A DNA stretch of 64,000 bases from Eledone cirrhosa (taxonomy: Eukaryota). Positions within the stretch are counted from its first letter, which is position 1. Each line of letters opens with the position of its first letter. The position numbers and the translations under genes are program-made. The notes below the pieces were generated by a model. It saw nothing but the letters and a program-made list of their open reading frames with translations. It was not told the origin of the DNA and ran no database searches. Positions 46,677-60,851 of the stretch are shown piece after piece. The stretch is from the NCBI GenBank assembly GCA_964016885.1, contig OZ024743.1, positions 375,844,001-375,908,000 of the forward strand, read 5' to 3'.

Positions 46677-49333
46677 GTAAGTATGCATGTATACGTACAT
46701 ACATATATGTATACAGACGTACAGTAGCATGCACATATATATATATATATATATACACATATATATACATATGCATACAGGTACACATACATATATGCAC
46801 GTATCAGTTTAGCGGCGCTAACGTCGCTTTGTTCGTTTGTAAACAAACTGAACAGCCTGAATTTATGCCATACGGTGTTAAGGCAACCACGTCACCTTTT
46901 TGTTCAACACTGACACAGGAACGATGTACTAGTTTCAAGCTTGTTAGCTATCATCAGCACCGTTTACCCATCTGCCAGATAGTTGAACGTTCGAAAGTAT
47001 ATACTTTCCTTATGAAAATTAACGGCTGAGCAGCCTAATTTGCATATTGAGTGAGTTAAATCGGTCAGGCATACCGAAAACGATAAATTGAAACAAAATG
47101 AAAACGAAATTTCATTTCTCACTCTTAGTATGGCACTTACATAAATGTAAGTATGCATGTATACGTACATACATATATGTATACAGACGTACAGTAGCAT
47201 GCACATATATATATATATATATATACATATATATATACATATGCATACAGGTACACATACATATATGCACGTATCAGTTTAGCGGCGCTAACGTCGCTTT
47301 GTTCGTTTGTAAACAAACTGAACAGCCTGAATTTATGCCATACGGTGTTAAGGCAACCACGTCACCTTTTTGTTCAACACTGACACAGGAACGATGTACT
47401 AGTTTCAAGCTTGTTAGCTATCATCAGCACCGTTTACCCATCTGCCAGATAGTTGAACGTTCGAAAGTATATACTTTCCTTATGAAAATTAACGGCTGAG
47501 CAGCCTAATTTGCATATTGAGTGAGTTAAATCGGTCAGGCATACCGAAAACGATAAATTGAAACAAAATGAAAACGAAATTTCATTTCTCACTCTTAGTA
47601 TGGCACTTACATAAATGTAAGTATGCATGTATACGTACATACATATATGTATACAGACGTACAGTAGCATGCACATATATATATATATATATATACACAT
47701 ATATATACATATGCATACAGGTACACATACATATATGCACGTATCAGTTTAGCGGCGCTAACGTCGCTTTGTTCGTTTGTAAACAAACTGAACAGCCTGA
47801 ATTTATGCCATACGGTGTTAAGGCAACCACGTCACCTTTTTGTTCAACACTGACACAGGAACGATGTACTAGTTTCAAGCTTGTTAGCTATCATCAGCAC
47901 CGTTTACCCATCTGCCAGATAGTTGAACGTTCGAAAGTATATACTTTCCTTATGAAAATTAACGGCTGAGCAGCCTAATTTGCATATTGAGTGAGTTAAA
48001 TCGGTCAGGCATACCGAAAACGATAAATTGAAACAAAATTTCATTTCTCACTCTTAGTATGGCACTTACATAAATGTAAGTATGCATGTATACGTACATA
48101 CATATATGTATACAGACGTACAGTAGCATGCACATATATATATATATATATATACACATATATATACATATGCATACAGGTACACATACATATATGCACG
48201 TATCAGTTTAGCGGCGCTAACGTCGCTTTGTTCGTTTGTAAACAAACTGAACAGCCTGAATTTATGCCATACGGTGTTAAGGCAACCACGTCACCTTTTT
48301 GTTCAACACTGACACAGGAACGATGTACTAGTTTCAAGCTTGTTAGCTATCATCAGCACCGTTTACCCATCTGCCAGATAGTTGAACGTTCGAAAGTATA
48401 TACTTTCCTTATGAAAATTAACGGCTGAGCAGCCTAATTTGCATATTGAGTGAGTTAAATCGGTCAGGCATACCGAAAACGATAAATTGAAACAAAATGA
48501 AAACGAAATTTCATTTCTCACTCTTAGTATGGCACTTACATAAATGTAAGTATGCATGTATACGTACATACATATATGTATACAGACGTACAGTAGCATG
48601 CACATATATATATATATATATATACACATATATATACATATGCATACAGGTACACATACATATATGCACGTATCAGTTTAGCGGCGCTAACGTCGCTTTG
48701 TTCGTTTGTAAACAAACTGAACAGCCTGAATTTATGCCATACGGTGTTAAGGCAACCACGTCACCTTTTTGTTCAACACTGACACAGGAACGATGTACTA
48801 GTTTCAAGCTTGTTAGCTATCATCAGCACCGTTTACCCATCTGCCAGATAGTTGAACGTTCGAAAGTATATACTTTCCTTATGAAAATTAACGGCTGAGC
48901 AGCCTAATTTGCATATTGAGTGAGTTAAATCGGTCAGGCATACCGAAAACGATAAATTGAAACAAAATGAAAACGAAATTTCATTTCTCACTCTTAGTAT
49001 GGCACTTACATAAATGTAAGTATGCATGTATACGTACATACATATATGTATACAGACGTACAGTAGCATGCACATATATATATATATATATATACACATA
49101 TATATACATATGCATACAGGTACACATACATATATGCACGTATCAGTTTAGCGGCGCTAACGTCGCTTTGTTCGTTTGTAAACAAACTGAACAGCCTGAA
49201 TTTATGCCATACGGTGTTAAGGCAACCACGTCACCTTTTTGTTCAACACTGACACAGGAACGATGTACTAGTTTCAAGCTTGTTAGCTATCATCAGCACC
49301 GTTTACCCATCTGCCAGATAGTTGAACGTTCGA
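46671..49333 (-). repeat. Family A 470-bp tandem array, left arm (about 5.7 units; HHRs at 46920, 47390, 47860, 48319, 48789, 49259)
   Basis: Period 470 bp. One unit has an 11-bp deletion near 48038. Confidence 0.95.
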
Positions 49334-49376
49334 ATTTATCGTTTTCGGTATGCCTGACCGATTTAACTCACTCAAT

Positions 49377-49384
49377 ATGCAAAT
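49377..49384 (+). promoter_or_regulatory. Octamer motif ATGCAAAT, one per unit, conserved in families A and B
   Basis: Perfect octamer here, at 17693-17700 and near 6994, despite diverged flanks. Confidence 0.5.
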
Positions 49385-49457
49385 TAGGCTGCTCAGCCGT
49401 TAATTTTCATAAGGAAAGTATATACTTTCGAACGTTCAACTATCTGGCAGATGGGTA

Positions 49458-49502
49458 AACGGTGCTGATGATAGCTAACAAGCTTGAAACTAGTACATCG
49501 TT
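49458..49502 (+). ncRNA. Minimal type I HHR, representative of 13 array copies; predicted cleavage after 49495 (GUA)
   Basis: AACGGUG-CUGAUGA-U-AGCU aaca AGCU-U-GAAA-CUAG-UA-CAUCGUU, with palindromic stem III ACUAGU. Confidence 0.9.
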
Positions 49503-52500
49503 CCTGTGTCAGTGTTGAACAAAAAGGTGACGTGGTTGCCTTAACACCGTATGGCATAAATTCAGGCTGTTCAGTTTGTTTACAAACGAACAAAGCGACG
49601 TTAGCGCCGCTAAACTGATACGTGCATATATGTATGTGTACCTGTATGCATATGTATATATATGTGTATATATATATATATATATATGTGCATGCTACTG
49701 TACGTCTGTATACATATATGTATGTACGTATACATGCATACTTACATTTATGTAAGTGCCATACTAAGAGTGAGAAATGAAATTTCGTTTTCATTTTGTT
49801 TCAATTTATCGTTTTCGGTATGCCTGACCGATTTAACTCACTCAATATGCAAATTAGGCTGCTCAGCCGTTAATTTTCATAAGGAAAGTATATACTTTCG
49901 AACGTTCAACTATCTGGCAGATGGGTAAACGGTGCTGATGATAGCTAACAAGCTTGAAACTAGTACATCGTTCCTGTGTCAGTGTTGAACAAAAAGGTGA
50001 CGTGGTTGCCTTAACACCGTATGGCATAAATTCAGGCTGTTCAGTTTGTTTACAAACGAACAAAGCGACGTTAGCGCCGCTAAACTGATACGTGCATATA
50101 TGTATGTGTACCTGTATGCATATGTATATATATGTGTATATATATATATATATATATGTGCATGCTACTGTACGTCTGTATACATATATGTATGTACGTA
50201 TACATGCATACTTACATTTATGTAAGTGCCATACTAAGAGTGAGAAATGAAATTTCGTTTTCATTTTGTTTCAATTTATCGTTTTCGGTATGCCTGACCG
50301 ATTTAACTCACTCAATATGCAAATTAGGCTGCTCAGCCGTTAATTTTCATAAGGAAAGTATATACTTTCGAACGTTCAACTATCTGGCAGATGGGTAAAC
50401 GGTGCTGATGATAGCTAACAAGCTTGAAACTAGTACATCGTTCCTGTGTCAGTGTTGAACAAAAAGGTGACGTGGTTGCCTTAACACCGTATGGCATAAA
50501 TTCAGGCTGTTCAGTTTGTTTACAAACGAACAAAGCGACGTTAGCGCCGCTAAACTGATACGTGCATATATGTATGTGTACCTGTATGCATATGTATATA
50601 TATGTGTATATATATATATATATATATGTGCATGCTACTGTACGTCTGTATACATATATGTATGTACGTATACATGCATACTTACATTTATGTAAGTGCC
50701 ATACTAAGAGTGAGAAATGAAATTTCGTTTTCATTTTGTTTCAATTTATCGTTTTCGGTATGCCTGACCGATTTAACTCACTCAATATGCAAATTAGGCT
50801 GCTCAGCCGTTAATTTTCATAAGGAAAGTATATACTTTCGAACGTTCAACTATCTGGCAGATGGGTAAACGGTGCTGATGATAGCTAACAAGCTTGAAAC
50901 TAGTACATCGTTCCTGTGTCAGTGTTGAACAAAAAGGTGACGTGGTTGCCTTAACACCGTATGGCATAAATTCAGGCTGTTCAGTTTGTTTACAAACGAA
51001 CAAAGCGACGTTAGCGCCGCTAAACTGATACGTGCATATATGTATGTGTACCTGTATGCATATGTATATATATGTGTATATATATATATATATATATGTG
51101 CATGCTACTGTACGTCTGTATACATATATGTATGTACGTATACATGCATACTTACATTTATGTAAGTGCCATACTAAGAGTGAGAAATGAAATTTCGTTT
51201 TCATTTTGTTTCAATTTATCGTTTTCGGTATGCCTGACCGATTTAACTCACTCAATATGCAAATTAGGCTGCTCAGCCGTTAATTTTCATAAGGAAAGTA
51301 TATACTTTCGAACGTTCAACTATCTGGCAGATGGGTAAACGGTGCTGATGATAGCTAACAAGCTTGAAACTAGTACATCGTTCCTGTGTCAGTGTTGAAC
51401 AAAAAGGTGACGTGGTTGCCTTAACACCGTATGGCATAAATTCAGGCTGTTCAGTTTGTTTACAAACGAACAAAGCGACGTTAGCGCCGCTAAACTGATA
51501 CGTGCATATATGTATGTGTACCTGTATGCATATGTATATATATGTGTATATATATATATATATATATGTGCATGCTACTGTACGTCTGTATACATATATG
51601 TATGTACGTATACATGCATACTTACATTTATGTAAGTGCCATACTAAGAGTGAGAAATGAAATTTCGTTTTCATTTTGTTTCAATTTATCGTTTTCGGTA
51701 TGCCTGACCGATTTAACTCACTCAATATGCAAATTAGGCTGCTCAGCCGTTAATTTTCATAAGGAAAGTATATACTTTCGAACGTTCAACTATCTGGCAG
51801 ATGGGTAAACGGTGCTGATGATAGCTAACAAGCTTGAAACTAGTACATCGTTCCTGTGTCAGTGTTGAACAAAAAGGTGACGTGGTTGCCTTAACACCGT
51901 ATGGCATAAATTCAGGCTGTTCAGTTTGTTTACAAACGAACAAAGCGACGTTAGCGCCGCTAAACTGATACGTGCATATATGTATGTGTACCTGTATGCA
52001 TATGTATATATATGTGTATATATATATATATATATATGTGCATGCTACTGTACGTCTGTATACATATATGTATGTACGTATACATGCATACTTACATTTA
52101 TGTAAGTGCCATACTAAGAGTGAGAAATGAAATTTCGTTTTCATTTTGTTTCAATTTATCGTTTTCGGTATGCCTGACCGATTTAACTCACTCAATATGC
52201 AAATTAGGCTGCTCAGCCGTTAATTTTCATAAGGAAAGTATATACTTTCGAACGTTCAACTATCTGGCAGATGGGTAAACGGTGCTGATGATAGCTAACA
52301 AGCTTGAAACTAGTACATCGTTCCTGTGTCAGTGTTGAACAAAAAGGTGACGTGGTTGCCTTAACACCGTATGGCATAAATTCAGGCTGTTCAGTTTGTT
52401 TACAAACGAACAAAGCGACGTTAGCGCCGCTAAACTGATACGTGCATATATGTATGTGTACCTGTATGCATATGTATATATATGTGTATATATATATATA

Positions 52501-52623
52501 TATATATGTGCATGCTACTGTACGTCTGTATACATATATGTATGTACGTATACATGCATACTTACATTTATGTAAGTGCCATACTAAGAGTGAGAAATGA
52601 AATTTCGTTTTCATTTTGTTTCA

Positions 52624-52697
<74 letters not shown>

Positions 52698-52945
52698 GGA
52701 TACATTACGAACGAGATCGCGCGAATCAAAGATGTGAGAAAAACCACAGACCCTCCATCTCAACTCACCTTTTGAAAAGCAGAAGAACTGCGAAACCGGT
52801 AAAGGAACCAAATAAATATATATATATTTTTTTTTAATTATAAAAATAAGACTCCAGTTGCATTTTCGATTTCATCCCTTTTTCTTTATACTTTCACTCG
52901 TCTAGGATACCTCGGTTATTTTTCATTTTGTAAAAAAAACCTCAC

Positions 52946-53103
<158 letters not shown>

Positions 53104-53110
53104 ATTTATA

Positions 53111-53196
<86 letters not shown>

Positions 53197-53209
53197 TATA
53201 TATATATAA

Positions 53210-53296
<87 letters not shown>

Positions 53297-53297
53297 T

Positions 53298-54850
53298 ATC
53301 CCGAGGTTTGTTGGTATGTTTGGTCTGACCAAATATACCAACAAACCTCGGGATTGCCCATGGGATCAAGCCTGTCAGGTGTGCTAGCGATCTCTTACAT
53401 GGACAACCTCGATCGCAAGGCACTCAACGCCTGCCACCCCAACGCCGTAGCCTTTTTCTCAAGGTACGTGGACGATATCCTCATCCTCACATCTTCCCAA
53501 GACACGGCGAACAGAATCTATGAGACGTTCAACAACACGGACGAGAACATTGACTTCAGTGTTGAACACCCCAACGAACACGGGTCACTTGCCCTCCTCG
53601 ACTTCCGAATCAACATCACGGAACAGGGAAGGATCCACTGCAACTTCTACCGAATGGCAGCCTGCAGGGACCAGTTCGTTCACTACAAGTCCGCCCTCCC
53701 GAACAGTGCCAAAAGAGGATATATCACGAACGAGATCGCGCGAATCAAAAACAGATGCAGCGATCCCGCTAGTGGTGTCACACATACCAAGCGATTCCTC
53801 GAGGTGCTGGAGACGAATGGGTACCCTACCTCGCTCACAGACAGAGTGGGAGACGCCAGACACAAGAGACAGAGAGGCACCCAAGGCAAGTGCTTCCTTA
53901 AAATGCCACACCTGGGCGAGAATACCACCAACACTATCCGCAAGGCTATACGGAGGGAGGGCCTCGACACACACCTGGTCCACTCGGGCCCCTCCCTGCG
54001 AACATGCCTCTCCAGGAAACCCGGGAAATCTACTGATGCATGCTCCCTCAGAGACTGCCCGATACGCCATGCGAACTGTTGCCTACGCACATATGTCGTG
54101 TATAAGATAGAATGTGACAGCTGCAACCAATACTACATAGGTAGTACAATCCGACCTTTGCGCATCCGGATCAAGGAACACACTAAAACCAGGGCCTCGT
54201 CTTTCCGGAAATACATAGACAAATGCGAAAACAAAGACGCAAGGCCCATTGTCACAATTCTAGCGACTGAAAGAAACGTCGGCACGTTACGTATCAAAGA
54301 AGCGCTTTTTCTCAAGCGCCTTGAACCGCAAATAAACAACCGATCAGAGAGAAGAGAAATGAGATGGCTGGTTTAAGTTAACAAACGATGCAGCAACACA
54401 CAACACACGCACACACACACACACACACAAACGAGACAACTACACACACACGCGCACACACACACACAGTAGCATTCCACCATACGAACATATTACACTG
54501 CCAATACAGAGGAACAAGGCAACAACACACGCACACACACACACACTCAAGCGAGACAACAACACACGCACACACACACACACTCAAGCGAGACAACAAC
54601 ACACGCACACACACACACAGTAACATTTAACAAACAGGCAGAGAATGGACTGACAGCTAGCGCCATCCCACTCCCTCATTCGGCCGCTGACCTCTGCCCG
54701 ACCGACCCCATTTCACGCGCACGCGCGCTCTGCCGAATACCTCAGATATTCAAAATAACAAACAGCGGAGGACGCGTTTCGCACCTGTCCGACAGAGAAC
54801 CTTTTCCCCCACCCCGGAAAAACCCCCAGTTGATGGATGTGAATCCGAAA
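53298..54850 (+). mobile_element. 5'-truncated PLE family B (ORF 53354-54376) with a snap-back hairpin at its 5' end
   Basis: Near-identical to 34877-36330. It ends at the GAAA of the HHR-like motif. Confidence 0.93.
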
Positions 54851-55485
54851 AACATCGATCTACCTACCAACGATGCTTCACACCTCGTTACCGACTTAAC
54901 CGGTACCCTCACCAACGACGAACTCGAACTTCTGCGCCTCGGACCCAAGTTCATCATTACACAGCGTCTCGATGATAGACTGAAACTCGACATCGAAACC
55001 AACTTCTGTCGGACAGCATATCAACTGAAATGGCTAACCGCCATCCAAAACAACACCGAGATCGATTACAACCCCACAACCCACCCCACACTCCCCACGT
55101 ATCACCTCGACAACCCACTCCACCCCCCACCCACCAACAACGAACTTGACACTAAACTACTCAGGTTGAAACATTCTATCTCTAACATCCTTTCCCAACA
55201 CACACACACACACAATAAACGCAACCTCACCAATGCACAATTTAATACTCTCACCAACCTAAGATCCAGGAACCTTGTGTACCTTCCCTCTGACAAAGGG
55301 AAAGAATTCTGTGTCATCTTGAGAGAGACCTACAACAACTTAGCTCTCCAACATCTTAATGACCACAGCCTCTACTCGAAAGTCACAGGGACCTCCTCGA
55401 CTCTAATCGAGGAAGGCATTAACACCATATGGACTAACATCTGTGTCCAACGAAAACTGCCGAAGAAGGTAAAAAACAACATAAT

Positions 55486-55663
55486 TGTTTCTACTTTAGG
55501 CACAAGGCCAGCAATTACCCAGTGCATTACTGGTACTTTATTTTATCGACCCCGTAAGGATGAAAGGCAAAGTCAACCTCGGCGGGATTTGAACTCAGAT
55601 CGTAAAGGGACGTAACTATGCTGGAAAGCATGGCGTCCGACCCTCTACCGATACTGCCAATCC
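55486..55663 (-). mobile_element. SINE (same family as 38503-38678) inserted in the PLE ORF
   Basis: Reverse complement of 38503-38678. TSD ACATAAT at 55479-55485 and 55664-55670. Confidence 0.9.
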
Positions 55664-57746
55664 ACATAATGACTCGAAACAGCAAATTACCCACCTTCTA
55701 CCACCTGGTCAAAACACATAAACAAGGACCCGATTTGAAAATCAGGCCCATTGTCTCTAGCGTGGAGGGCCCACTCTACAAAATATCGTGGCTGCTCTCC
55801 ACACTACTGAAACCTATTCTACACACACTACCAGCCCACGTCTGCAGCTCAAAGGAAGTCTTGGAGCGACTACACCATCTGGCGCCCAACACCAGAAAGG
55901 ACAACGGTTATGCCTTCAGTCTTGATGTGGTCGCCCTTTATACCTCCGTACCAGCATCCCCAGCTGTCGACCTGTTGACCGAACGAGTCCGAGCATCTAA
56001 CTTACACTGCTTCGGACTCACACACACGGACATCCACCAACTCCTCTCCTTCGTTGTGGATAATGCACTCTTCAATTTCCTCGGCCACACGTACAAACAA
56101 ATCTCTGGGCTACCTATGGGCTCTAGTCTGTCCGGCATACTTGCGATCTCGTACATGGACCACCTGGAACGCAAGGCACTCAATACCTGCCAACCCAACG
56201 CCGTCGCCTTCTACTCCAGATACGTTGATGATATCCTGATACTTACTTCTTCCCGGGAGATGGCGAATGAAATTCACCAAATCTTCAACGATACTGACCA
56301 TCACGTCGATTTCACCATCGAACACCCAGGAGAAGACGGGTCACTCGCCCTCCTCGACTTCCGTATCAACATCTCGGAAGAAGGAGACATAAACACCACC
56401 TTCTACCGCAAAGCAGCGTGCAAGGACTTATTTGTGCATTATAACTCAGCCCTCCCCAACAACGCTAAGAGAGGCTATGTCCTAAATGAACTGACACGGA
56501 TCACTAACAGATGCAGCGACCCGATGGGTGGTCTCACCCATACCACGCAATTCCGTAATCTACTCAGATCTAATGGTTATCCAAGCGACTGATTAACGGA
56601 ATTAGAGACCCCAGACCCAATAGACAGACACCCACTAGAAAATTAAATAATAGCAGGTGCTTCTTTAAAATCCCCCACCTGAGTGAATATACCACGAACG
56701 CCATCCGCAGGGCCATACGGACGGAGGGACTTGACATACATTTGGCCCACACAGGACCTTCGCTGCGAAGATGCCTCTCCAACAAACCCGACGAGTCAGA
56801 TGGGACGTGTTCCCTCAGCAACTGCCTGATACGGGGGGAAGATTGCCTACGCACCTATGTCGTATATAAGATTCAATGCGATAAATGTAACAAGTTTTAC
56901 ATAGGTAGCACCATCCGACCCCTACATGTTCGTATCAAGGAACATATCAACACCAACGCATCTTCCTTCCGTAAACACATCCTTAAATGCGGAAACCCAC
57001 AAGGTAGACCCTTGGTCACAGTCCTAGCGACTGAACGCAGCATCGGATCCTTAAGGATAAAGGAAGCACTTGTTATTAAGAACCTCAGACCCCCACTTAA
57101 CAACCGGGCTGAGAGAAATGAGCTGACATGGCTAACTTAACCATAGTGACCATTCACAGCCTACGGCCTGCTATCTTCACACACACGCACGTATATGCAT
57201 ACCCATACGCATACACACACACATCTATATTTATACACGCACACATGTTTTTACAACCTACCACCTTTCACACCCTTTGATTTCCAGCTTCTACAGCCCA
57301 CTATCTTTCACACACAAACGCACTCACACATATACACACACAGTTACACACACATGTATACCCATACGCTTACACACACACATCTATATTTATACACGCA
57401 CACATGTTTTACAACCTACCACCTTTCACACCCTTTGATTTCCAGCTTCCACAGCCCACTATCTTTCACACACACACACACACACACTCACACATATACA
57501 CACACTTATACACACACAGTTACACACACATATATATTTACACACACATATCTTACGGCTTTCACACGCTAGCGCACCCTCTTGATTTAACCCATTTGGT
57601 CAGTAGCTTTTGCCACAGCCTATCACGCGCACGCGCATTCTTTCCCTCGTTTAAATTTTAAATAATTTTTCTCCCCATAACGGCATTCCTGTCTTAACGA
57701 CATCACAACTTTCTCCGCTTGGACTGTTCCCCCCCTTTTGGAACTT

Positions 57747-57782
57747 TCCCCCGTTGATGGGCGTGAGCCCGAAATATTGGGA
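57747..57782 (+). ncRNA. Atypical HHR-like motif (CCGUUGA core) in family C pLTR; copies 15878-15913, 1015-1050, 940-975 (minus)
   Basis: UCCC-CCGUUGA-U-GGGC guga GCCC-GAAA-UAU-U-GGGA. Confidence 0.65.
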
Positions 57783-58079
57783 TTAAATCTCTACTACGGT
57801 AACCCTTCTACCTTTGTTTTGTTTTCATCTTTGTCTCTCTCAATTTTCACTTTCACCTGTTTTTCCTATCTATCTTTCACTTCCTACCTCGAGATTTCCC
57901 TCTGCATTGTTGTGGCTTTCTTAAATACGTATTTTACACATTTCACAATGCTTCAAGCAAACTTTAACACCCTCTTATATATAAATATATATATACGTAT
58001 ATATAAATATATATACGTATATATAAATATATATATACATATATATAAATATATATATACATATATATATACATATATA

Positions 58080-58110
<31 letters not shown>

Positions 58111-58176
58111 GTATATATAAATATATATATATATATACATATATATATACATATATATATACATATATATATATAC

Positions 58177-58267
<91 letters not shown>

Positions 58268-58342
58268 CATATATATATACATATATATATACACATATAT
58301 ATATATATATATATAAATACATATATACATAAATATATATAT

Positions 58343-58393
<51 letters not shown>

Positions 58394-58422
58394 GATAAAT
58401 ATATATATATATATACATATAT

Positions 58423-59750
58423 GGGTAAATATCTTTAAGTCGTTTGGAACCCTCGACAATGCAAATGGGTAAATCTCCGGGTAACAAGATCCGGTGGTGG
58501 AGAGAGAGATGTAAGTGGGTGTACGTTGAGATGCGTGGTGTGTATAAGACGTGTAGAGGAATGAAGGAAAGAGTATAAAGGATAAAATTAAAATAACAAC
58601 ACGAGAGAGAGTTACCTTGGGAGAGATTTAATTGTCCCTATATATTTCGGATTCACATCCATCAACTGGGATTTTTTCCGGGGTGGGGGAAAGGTTGTCT
58701 GTCGGAAAGGTGCGAAACGCGTCCTCCGCTGTTTGTTGTTTTGAATATCTGAGGTATTCAGCAGAGCGCGTGTGCGCGTGAAATGGGGTCGGTCGGGCAG
58801 AGGTCAGCGGCCGAATGTGGGAGTGGGTGGCGCTGGCTGTCAGTCCATTCTCTGCCTGTTTGTTAAATGTTACTGTGTGTGTGTGTGTGCGTATGTTGTT
58901 GTCTCGCTTGAGTGTGTGTGTGTGTGCGTGTGTTGTTGCCTCTGTATTGGCAGTGTAGTATGCTCGTATGGTGGAACGCTACTGTGTGTGTGCGTGTGCG
59001 TATGTAGCTGTCTCATTTGTGTGTGTGTGCGTGTGTTGCTGCATCGTTTGTTAACTTAAACTAGCCACCTCATTTCGCTTCTCTCGGATCGATTGTTTAT
59101 TTGCAGTGCCAGGCGTTTGATAAAAACCGCTTCCTTGATACGTAACGTGTCGACGTTTCTTTCAGTCCCTAGAATTGTGATAATGGGCCGTCCGTCTTTG
59201 TTTCCGCATTTGTCTATGTGTTTCCGGAAAGACGAGGCCCTAGTTTTAGTGTGTTCCTTGATTCGGATATGCAAATGTCGGATTGTGCTACCTATATAGT
59301 ATTGGTTGCACCTGTCACATTCTACCTTATACACGACGTATGTGCGTAGGCAACAGTTCGCATGGCGTATCGGGCAGTCTCTGAGGGAGCACGCGTCAGT
59401 AGATTTCCCGGGCTTCCTGGAGAGGCATTTTCGCAGGGAGGGGCCCGAGTGGGCCAGGTGGATGTCGAGGCCCTCCCTCCGTATAGCCTTGCGGATAGTG
59501 TTGGTGGTATTCTCGCCCAGGTGTGGCATTTTAAGGAAGCACTTGCCTTGGGTGCCTCTCTGTCTCTTGTGTCTGGCGTCTCCCACTCTGTCTGTGAGCG
59601 AGGTAGGGTACCGTTCGTCTCCAGCACCTCGAGGAATCTCTTGGTATGAGTGACACCACTCGCGGGATCGCTGCATCTGTTTTTGATTCGCGCGATCTCG
59701 TTCGTGATGTATCCTCTTTTTAGGCACTGTTAGGGGGGGCAGACTTGCAG
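58423..59750 (-). mobile_element. 5'-truncated PLE family B copy (EN plus pLTR)
   Basis: Reverse complement of about 35235-36552. ORF 59056-59727 carries YIGST. Confidence 0.93.
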
Positions 59751-60765
59751 TGTGGGTAAGAGATATGTTGCTTAACCACGCAGTTATGATTGCAGATATG
59801 CATAATTTTAACAGAATGTTAAATGCATGAATGGTAATCGTATATATGAAGACATGAATGTTAATCGCATATATTTATGTATATATACTGTGAACTTTTT
59901 TATAACACAAGGAATGTATAGCAGTGATTAAGAGAAATCTTCTGTGTTTTGTATGTCTATATTGTTGACTTGAGTAAATATATTTTCAGGACGCGCGTAT
60001 ATATATATATATATATATATTTGTGTGTCTTTGCCTAAGATACTGATTTCTCTAGCATTTTGGTTGATTAAACCCAAATTTTGGTATATTGATCTCAAGT
60101 TTTAAACTAAACATGTAGTCATTATTGAACAATGTTTAATTTCTCATATTATATATTTATGTCCCATTCATGAATATTAATATTTATATTTTTATTATTC
60201 ATTTCATATAAATTGTTAACTCAACTTAATATGACATGACGTAAAGTTTTCATTATTTCCCCCTCTCTCTATATAATATTTCTCTCTCTTGAGTTTTCCT
60301 ATCTGTCTGATGACTTAATATCTCTCTGTTGCTTTCCTCTGTTTTTCTTATTTCTTATTTCTTCCTTTTTTCTTTCTTTCCTCCTGTCTTTATTTATCTC
60401 TTTCTTTTTTCTCCATACTTCTCCACGTTTTGTTTCTTTCTCTCTCTCCGTCTTTTTCTTTCTCTCCGTCTTTTTCTAATTGTCCTTAACACTATGACTT
60501 ATTAAAATAATATAAACAACTCACTATCCGGATGGCTTCCAAAAGTAATGGTTGCATTTTAATAGGGTACGTCAAAGCTTATTTGTAAAACTGTTATATA
60601 TTGTATTTTGTCTGATGAAGGCATACCATAATTTAATTTGGTATCCCTTAAATATGTATAATGAAATAAATATGGTTTTATAAATATTGTTTCCATTTAT
60701 TAATATCGTACATATACATATATATAAATTTATATATATACATATATATAAATATATATATATAC

Positions 60766-60819
<54 letters not shown>

Positions 60820-60851
60820 GGAGGCACATGGAGGCACACGGAGGCACATAT

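Larger units (their letters stand above)
49333..52629 (+). repeat. Family A 470-bp tandem array, right arm (7 units; HHRs at 49458 + 470n)
   Basis: Exact 470-bp period, inverted relative to the left arm. Confidence 0.95.
54851..57975 (+). mobile_element. PLE family C, 5'-truncated, SINE-interrupted, frameshifted near 56590
   Basis: LGPKF, PSDKG, RPIVS, GLPMGS, RYVDD and YIGST motifs. Stop at 57140, then pLTR to (TA)n. Confidence 0.93.

Noticed and set aside
46671-52629. Repeated 133-aa and 88-aa ORFs, or a CRISPR-like array
   Set aside because: The ORFs run through microsatellite, lack motifs and are broken in other copies. The units are identical with no unique spacers.
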